A stretch of 64,000 bases of DNA from Candidatus Omnitrophota bacterium (lineage in GTDB: Bacteria > Omnitrophota > Gorgyraeia > B26-G9 > JBDRCZ01), in NCBI GenBank assembly GCA_043821285.1, contig JBDRCZ010000058.1, positions 18,699-82,698 of the forward strand, given 5' to 3'. Positions 57,446-64,000 of this stretch are shown in pieces; positions within the stretch are counted from its first letter, which is position 1, and each line of letters begins with the position of its first letter. The position numbers were made by a program, and so were the translations under genes. The notes beneath the pieces were generated by a model. It was not told the DNA's origin. It saw nothing but the letters and a program-made list of their open reading frames with translations, and did not search any database.

Positions 57446-60400
57446 CTACTCCATATCTCGCTCAACTAAATTTACATCCCACTCATTTATCACCCCATCC
57501 CCATTTACATCCGCCCAGGGCAGGAAGCCATCAATCACAATCTGCCGGTCTTTCTCATCTACTTCTCCGTCGCGGTTTAAATCCGTATGCGGTAGATAAC
57601 GTTCTATATGCACAGTCATTTTATGATAATCAACCTTTACGATCTCAAAATCATCATAATCAATGGTCCCGTCTCTATTTATATCTGCTTCCGGCTTAGC
57701 TGCTGCCCCTTGACTCAAAAATCTTGCAATAACACCAAAATCCGCGATGTTCACCTGACCGTCTTTATTAATATCAGCAATAAGCATACCTTGCTTGCCA
57801 AAATCTATGGAAAGTAAAATCTCGTCAATTGTATTAACCTCATTATCCCCATTAAGATCCGCACGCGGGTCATTAAGGGGAGATTTTTGATAATTATCCA
57901 TGAAGATATATAAATCCGGCATATTTACTGCTCCATCCCGGTTAATATCCGCAAGCAGATATTGCCCCACTGCCTGCCAGACCGTAAAAACACAATTAGC
58001 ATAGCTTCTGCCTGTAGGTGTCTCTACTATAACCTGACCACTGGTTGCTCCAACCGGAACTTTTACTTGAATCTCACTATCTGACCAGCTTAAATAATCC
58101 GTTACCGCTATTCCATTAAAGGTAACTCTAGATGTACCTTGATTTGAGCCAAAGTTCTGACCAGTGATGGTGACCTTAGTGGTAATGTAGCCGCCTGAAC
58201 GGGAAAGGGAATTAACCATAGGTGATGGATAACAGCCAGTATGCTGCGGGTCATGGCAGAATTGTGGCCAAGGAAAATAAGTTTTCTCAACCGCTCCTTC
58301 ATTGTTATGGTCAAGGGCAAATATTTTCCCATCATAGTTAGAAGCAATTACCTCAACATCATTATCACCATCTAAATCCCCTAATGCACAAGTCTGAAGG
58401 GCCCAAAGAGTACCGCCTATAGCAATAGGATATCCCGCGATTCTTGTTCCATCATGATGCCATGCATAAATTGACTTTGAATAAAAAGCCGTAACCATAA
58501 CCTCTAAATCTCCATCCCCATCAATATCTCCAATCACAGGATTAGGCAAAGGAACGGCTACTTCTCTTGGCCATCCGGTAAGTGGCTGACCCAAGTGGTT
58601 AAAGGCTATCACTTGGGTATCCGTGGTATCGATTATATCAAGATATCCATCATTATCTAAATCCGCAACAGCAGGATACGAATAAGGACAAAAATTAGCG
58701 GATGTAGTCTCTATTGGCCAACTACCCTCTACTAAGGACCCATCACCATTAAAGGCATAAAAAAGGTGTTCATCTATATAATAGCCACTCCCGTCGATAA
58801 ATTTACTTTGCTTGATAATAATCTCGTTTTGGCTATCATTGTCGATATCAGCCAGGACAGGCTTTTGAAGAAGCGCTCCTTCTTTAACAAGTTTAGACCA
58901 GACTTCACTGCCATCAGGATTAAAGACATAAAGATAGCCCTGATATGTGGCAATGACAATTTCTAACTCAGGGTCATTGTCAATATTACCCACTGCTGGC
59001 GGGGCACTAATAATTTGACCCAAGTTCTTTGGCCACTGATTGGAATAAAGATTACCCTCGCGATCCCAGACATAGAGTCTATCCCTATTGGAAAATATTA
59101 CCTCTGGCTGGCTATCTTGATTAATGTCAGCTACGACTACTGTCTGAAATAAATTATAGCTTGAACCTCCGGTTACAGCCTGTGGCCATTTTCCATTGAT
59201 AAATTCCGTTCCATCCATATGGAAAACATGGACCGTAGCAGAATAGTACACAATAATCTCATCCCCAGGATAATTCGGATCAATGTCAGCAATAGAAGGA
59301 ATTACGGAGAGGGCATTAATATCAGTAACAATATCTACCGGCCATCCGGGTAAAGGATGTCCCTGGTAATCAAAAACCTCTAACCTCGAAAAAACAGATG
59401 TAATAACCTCCATTCTACCATCGTGATCTAAGTCTGCTACTACAGGATTAGCCTCAACTATAATATCACTCGCTTGAACTGGCCAACCTGCTTGATAATG
59501 AATATTGTTAATCCGGATTAAAACCCGGTCCTCAAACTGATTGCCTAGATTATCAGTTACCACAAGCCGGATTATATAATCCCCTAGCAAACCATGGGTA
59601 TCCCAGGGCAGCAATAAATCACCATTTTCTACTGGGGTGGAAAAGCTTCCCAATGTTATCCAAGAGGTAGGAATTTCACCAACACCATATTCAACTCTAT
59701 AGCTTTGAAACCCTGTTCCATAGGCAGAACCTGTAATGGAAAGAACCCAATTGTCTGTAAGTTCTCCTACATTTATATTGGTCAATGGCGAGGTTATCTT
59801 GGCTACACAAGCGGTGTCAGTTTGTAGAGCTCTATAAGCATTCAGCCTTCCATAGCCTGAGTCTTCATCCCATCCAGGTGCTCCTACATCATCTGCTGAT
59901 GTCCTAAGAACCTGCCGTACTTGTTCTGCATTAAACTCAGGATGTTTGGATAAAATCAAAGCTGCTGCTCCTGCCACATGGGGACAGGCCATTGATGTCC
60001 CTCTAACACGATAATAGTTTGTGTCAACAACATTTTTACCGTCACCATACATATCTGTATTGGAAGCGCGCAAAGAAAGAATATTGGCATATGTTCTATT
60101 AATATCATCCGACCAACTATCTCCTCCAGGGGCAGCTACATCTATCTTTAGTCCATAGTTAGAAAAGTCAGCCTTCTGGTCATTATGGTCGGTTGCTGCT
60201 ACCGTAATTACCTTATTATGATTTGCAGGAGAGTAATAACTTACCTCATCGTTGCTGTTCCCGGCAGCAGCTACTAATACACATCCTATATTATAAGCAT
60301 AATCTAAGACTTCAGTTATAAGTTGAAAATCTGCTGCGCCACCCCAAGAATTACTAATTACATCAGCACCATTGTCAGCAGCATATCTTAAGGCATTGGC

Positions 60401-61438
60401 TAAACTTGATTCATAGCCCGAACCACCATCATCAAGCCCTTTTACTGCCATCGCCTTAGCATTAGGAGCTACCCCAATCACACCTTTAGCGTTGTTACCT
60501 ATTGCCGCAATGGTCCCAGCACAATGTGTGCCATGGCCATGGCCATCTTGAGGATCGTTATCCCCATAAGCAAAATCATACCCGTAGCAGTCATCTATAA
60601 ACCCATTTCCATCATCATCAATACCATTACCAAGAATTTCACCCGGATTAATCCATATATTAGCAGCAATATCTTCATGATTATAGTCTATGCCGGTATC
60701 TATTACCGCAACAACCACTCCTTCGCCCTGGGCAATATCCCAGGCCGGTTCACAGTTTAATTTATCCTGTTTCAATCCCCATAAGTCATCATAGTCCTGT
60801 CCCCAGGCGCCACTTGAGGAATAATACGGATCATTGGGAACCATTTGTATCATGGCAATATAATTCGGCTCTGCATATTCTACATTGGGGTCTTTCTTAT
60901 ATTGCTCACAGATCGCTAAGATATTTGCGTCTTTGTCTTCCATGGTGAGTTTGTAGATATTTGTCAGATTAGGAACCTTTTTATCTTTTGGCGCACGTGC
61001 TGCCCGTTTAGGAAATTTTGCCTTTATCTCTTCATTATAAGCTGTCATACTCATCCCTGTAGACATCATCTTTTTCTTTAAAGCCTTAAATACTGGTGCT
61101 ATTTTCTTAACCTTATGTTTGTAATTAAGGTTATCTATGGAACTAATACCAGTTGCAGTTGTTGATAAACTTAGGTCTACAGGTGTTAATTTTTTATTTA
61201 ATACCTGACCTGCCTCATCTTTAAACTTAACAATTATCTCCCCTGGTGCGTATTCTGGCTTAAGTATTCCGCTTCCAGAATGCTGCCCTCTTATGTCGAG
61301 CGGATCAACTGACTGTTCTCCAGTTGCTGTAAGTTCTTCTTCCTTTACTAATCCTCTTGCCTGCAGGGTTGTTACACCAATAATCACCAACCCTAATATC
61401 AAAACCATTATCATTTGTCTAAATCTATTCTTTCCCAT
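57446..61438 (-). CDS. S8 subtilisin-like protease with FG-GAP repeats, IPT/TIG and dockerin-like tail
   Basis: VAVIDTG, HGTHCAG, AAGN, GTSMACP catalytic motifs. ADLDxDG repeats. Six DxNxDGxVN-type loops at the C-terminus. Confidence 0.92.
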   Translation of the reverse strand: MGKNRFRQMIMVLILGLVIIGVTTLQARGLVKEEELTATGEQSVDPLDIRGQHSGSGILKPEYAPGEIIVKFKDEAGQVLNKKLTPVDLSLSTTATGISSIDNLNYKHKVKKIAPVFKALKKKMMSTGMSMTAYNEEIKAKFPKRAARAPKDKKVPNLTNIYKLTMEDKDANILAICEQYKKDPNVEYAEPNYIAMIQMVPNDPYYSSSGAWGQDYDDLWGLKQDKLNCEPAWDIAQGEGVVVAVIDTGIDYNHEDIAANIWINPGEILGNGIDDDGNGFIDDCYGYDFAYGDNDPQDGHGHGTHCAGTIAAIGNNAKGVIGVAPNAKAMAVKGLDDGGSGYESSLANALRYAADNGADVISNSWGGAADFQLITEVLDYAYNIGCVLVAAAGNSNDEVSYYSPANHNKVITVAATDHNDQKADFSNYGLKIDVAAPGGDSWSDDINRTYANILSLRASNTDMYGDGKNVVDTNYYRVRGTSMACPHVAGAAALILSKHPEFNAEQVRQVLRTSADDVGAPGWDEDSGYGRLNAYRALQTDTACVAKITSPLTNINVGELTDNWVLSITGSAYGTGFQSYRVEYGVGEIPTSWITLGSFSTPVENGDLLLPWDTHGLLGDYIIRLVVTDNLGNQFEDRVLIRINNIHYQAGWPVQASDIIVEANPVVADLDHDGRMEVITSVFSRLEVFDYQGHPLPGWPVDIVTDINALSVIPSIADIDPNYPGDEIIVYYSATVHVFHMDGTEFINGKWPQAVTGGSSYNLFQTVVVADINQDSQPEVIFSNRDRLYVWDREGNLYSNQWPKNLGQIISAPPAVGNIDNDPELEIVIATYQGYLYVFNPDGSEVWSKLVKEGALLQKPVLADIDNDSQNEIIIKQSKFIDGSGYYIDEHLFYAFNGDGSLVEGSWPIETTSANFCPYSYPAVADLDNDGYLDIIDTTDTQVIAFNHLGQPLTGWPREVAVPLPNPVIGDIDGDGDLEVMVTAFYSKSIYAWHHDGTRIAGYPIAIGGTLWALQTCALGDLDGDNDVEVIASNYDGKIFALDHNNEGAVEKTYFPWPQFCHDPQHTGCYPSPMVNSLSRSGGYITTKVTITGQNFGSNQGTSRVTFNGIAVTDYLSWSDSEIQVKVPVGATSGQVIVETPTGRSYANCVFTVWQAVGQYLLADINRDGAVNMPDLYIFMDNYQKSPLNDPRADLNGDNEVNTIDEILLSIDFGKQGMLIADINKDGQVNIADFGVIARFLSQGAAAKPEADINRDGTIDYDDFEIVKVDYHKMTVHIERYLPHTDLNRDGEVDEKDRQIVIDGFLPWADVNGDGVINEWDVNLVERDME

Positions 61439-61607
61439 CTTCCCTCTCCTCCTTATTTTTTGCTTCGCAAAAAATAGAGCAATTGATAATTGACAGTTCC
61501 TGCCTGCAGGCAGGGAAAATAAAATGTGCCTTCTATTGCTCAGTTTTTTATTTCCAAAGCAGTTCTCTACACTATATACTATATCCTATATACGACATAC
61601 GATTAAA

Positions 61608-64000
61608 CTACTCCATATCTCTCTCAACCAAGTTCACATCCCACGCATTTATCACCCCATCTCCATTTACATCTGCCCAGGGCAGGAGCCCATCAATTAC
61701 AACTCGCAGGTCATTTGTATCTACACTGCCGTCGCGGTTTAAGTCCGTATCCAGCAAATAGCGCGTTATATCAGCGATAGTCTTAGTAAAATCCACTTTC
61801 ACAATCTCTAAGTCATCAAAGCCAATATTTCCATCTCTATTTACATCTGCCCGCGGCTTAGCTGATACACTCTGTCCAAGAAATTCTGATAGAATATCAT
61901 GATCCGCTATATTGACCTGTCCGTCTTTGTTAATATCAGTAATAAGGGTACCTTGCTTAAGATAATCCTTCATCAGCAAGCCAAAGTCTACGATATTTAC
62001 CTGCCCATTACCATTGATATCCGCTCGAATGCGCTCAGGATCAATCATCGCTCCTATTTTCAAATACTGGCTGACTAAGATGCCAAAATCAGCTATATTT
62101 ACCTGTCCATCCCGGTTAATATCACTAATCAGATATTGTCCCACTGCCTGCCAGACCGTAAAGACCTTATCTGTATTACTTGTGCCAGTAACTGTCGCTG
62201 CCACAACCGGGCCAATAGTTGTTCCAGCAGGCACCTTAACCTCTATCTGGTTACCTGTCCAACTGAGATAATCCGTTGCCTCAACGCCATTGAAGGTAAC
62301 TTTGGATGCACCTTGAGTGGCGCCAAAGCCTTGGCCGGTAATGGTAACATTGGTTTGGATATAGCCTTGGTTGGGATAAAGGGAAGAAATAATCACTGTC
62401 GATCCTGAATATTCTGCATGTAAAGCAAGTTCAGGATCTCCAAATAAATTGAGTTCAAGATAACACAATCTGTTCTGATTATAATTTAAATAGGGAATAT
62501 TATCTTCTTTAGAATCTTGATTTGCCCTGCCCAGATTTAATATGCCCTCCCCTAAAACCGCATCCCAGAATTGCCGGTTATAATACTGCGAAGAACCGTT
62601 AGTCGAATTCAGTACACCATACCCATAGCGAGAATTACCAATAAAGGCAAAAGCCCCATACCTGCCAGTAGTAAGATGTTCAAGGATACAGTCATTTGGT
62701 AAAAAATACTCTTGTGCATATGGTGCACGATTATTAAAAGCACCTGCATAGCAGCCCTGACTATAGCCAAAGAAATATTCTTCGTTATTAAGCATGGTAT
62801 CTACATCACTATTGCTCATCTTCATTATATGCGTTACGTTGGCGTGACCCAAATGATTAATAATATGTACATGATTATTAAGGATATTGATTAAATCTTC
62901 TTTAGGCCAAGAATAGTCTTTATCATATAGAGTTTTTACATCAAAAAAACTGTTGTCTACAAAACCAGTGGTTGTGTAGCCGTGATTATCAGAGCCTAAT
63001 CTAATCTCCTCCATATAATCAGCACCATAAGTAGGAGGATCACTTGCCCATAATAATTCACCTGCCATATAAACATTTTGCAGGTAAGAAGAGTTAGAAT
63101 TATCATAGGCAATGGTTTTATTTACAAAATTCTCAACCTCGGTAACCGAATCAACAGGCGCCCTTCCCACATAAACCTCCGCCAGTAAATCTATCTCTCC
63201 GCCGGCCACTCCATCGTTGTATGAGCCATAACGACCATCGCCATCGTAATCAAAACTACCATCTAAACATGCATAATAGAGGTCAGAAGCATGATAATAT
63301 AGAACCCTTGCAGGAATAATATTATCTCCACTCTCACCACCCACATCTGCTCCATCACCATCACCACCTAAAAGCACATACTTCGTATGCCAGTTATGGT
63401 AGGCATCGATAATGAAATTGCGGATTTTTGTCTGATTATCCACTCCCCCATCGGGTCTAGTCCCATCGTAGTGGGCATATATCCATTCGGTAGTTACCAT
63501 GGTTGCGGTGATACCTTTTTCTATCTTATAATCAATAAGCGGCTGAAAGGCATCGCTAAATTCCTCTTTGGTGATAAGCACATATTGATAATTACCCGGG
63601 GCAGCAAGGGTAGTTAATGTGCTTTCTGTCTGGATCGTCGCCGCATTAAGTTCGATAATATTTTCTTCTTTATTATAAGTACTTATCGTCTGGGGATTAT
63701 CGACATATTCAAGTAATCTCTGTTTATCATCATCCATGGCACGCAATCTTTGCTTTATCTCTGTAGGAGAAATGACCTCTCCTGTAGCACTAAGGGTTCT
63801 GGCCACTAATACGGGTTCGGTAGTTACGATTAACGTCATACTCCTATAATAGGCAAGCCTTCCTGAAAGAGGACAATACTCTACCGGATGAAGATTTATA
63901 ACAGCAATATCATAGCCAAGTATCACCTGTTTGGTCGGTAATTTAGCTACGCGGATATCTGGATATATATCGTCTCTCTCGTATATTCCCTTATTAGGTA
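61608..64000 (-). CDS. C25 (gingipain-like) cysteine protease with IPT/TIG and dockerin-like tail; 5' end outside window
   Basis: YVLLGGD, SDLYYACLDG, EVYVGR, INHLGH(A), SQGCYAG, NLFGDP. Frame stays open upstream of 63926 to the edge (PNKGIYERDDIYPD..., propeptide-like). Confidence 0.88.
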   Translation of the reverse strand, partial: PNKGIYERDDIYPDIRVAKLPTKQVILGYDIAVINLHPVEYCPLSGRLAYYRSMTLIVTTEPVLVARTLSATGEVISPTEIKQRLRAMDDDKQRLLEYVDNPQTISTYNKEENIIELNAATIQTESTLTTLAAPGNYQYVLITKEEFSDAFQPLIDYKIEKGITATMVTTEWIYAHYDGTRPDGGVDNQTKIRNFIIDAYHNWHTKYVLLGGDGDGADVGGESGDNIIPARVLYYHASDLYYACLDGSFDYDGDGRYGSYNDGVAGGEIDLLAEVYVGRAPVDSVTEVENFVNKTIAYDNSNSSYLQNVYMAGELLWASDPPTYGADYMEEIRLGSDNHGYTTTGFVDNSFFDVKTLYDKDYSWPKEDLINILNNHVHIINHLGHANVTHIMKMSNSDVDTMLNNEEYFFGYSQGCYAGAFNNRAPYAQEYFLPNDCILEHLTTGRYGAFAFIGNSRYGYGVLNSTNGSSQYYNRQFWDAVLGEGILNLGRANQDSKEDNIPYLNYNQNRLCYLELNLFGDPELALHAEYSGSTVIISSLYPNQGYIQTNVTITGQGFGATQGASKVTFNGVEATDYLSWTGNQIEVKVPAGTTIGPVVAATVTGTSNTDKVFTVWQAVGQYLISDINRDGQVNIADFGILVSQYLKIGAMIDPERIRADINGNGQVNIVDFGLLMKDYLKQGTLITDINKDGQVNIADHDILSEFLGQSVSAKPRADVNRDGNIGFDDLEIVKVDFTKTIADITRYLLDTDLNRDGSVDTNDLRVVIDGLLPWADVNGDGVINAWDVNLVERDME

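Noticed and set aside
1-64000. tRNA/rRNA genes, integrase, transposase or prophage genes, alternative genetic code
   Set aside because: None recognised. Conserved genes translate to full length with standard stops.

Overview
Bacterial genomic window, almost entirely coded on the minus strand. It is probably from Candidatus Omnitrophota (inferred from the giant-ORF leader style and gene set, not verified). (1) 1-9094 holds the 5' end of a giant ORF missing from the supplied track because it runs off the window (>3030 aa). It reads: signal-like leader, ThiS/MoaD-like beta-grasp domain, hydrophobic segment, then two tandem ClpA/B-type modules, each with a degenerate AAA-1 and an intact AAA-2. 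(2) 9.3-39 kb is housekeeping and redox genes (PGM/PMM, purN, apgM, rsmI, era, mnmE, folC, purH, trxA, ccdA, larA, a sarcosine/proline-oxidase-like operon), two PilZ paralogs and a decayed TdeIII-type R-M pair. (3) 39.6-64 kb is a surface/secreted block: HD-GYP, deacetylase, GT2, an NHL-Rhs protein with a ~910-aa non-toxin-looking C-terminus, a TonB-dependent receptor, a multi-CBM hydrolase, and two unrelated proteases (S8, C25) sharing an IPT plus triple dockerin-like tail. Intergenic DNA is a mosaic of several hairpin repeat families, one of which directly precedes both a PilZ gene and the HD-GYP gene. I saw no rRNA, tRNA or CRISPR array. All domain calls are by eye; no searches were run.
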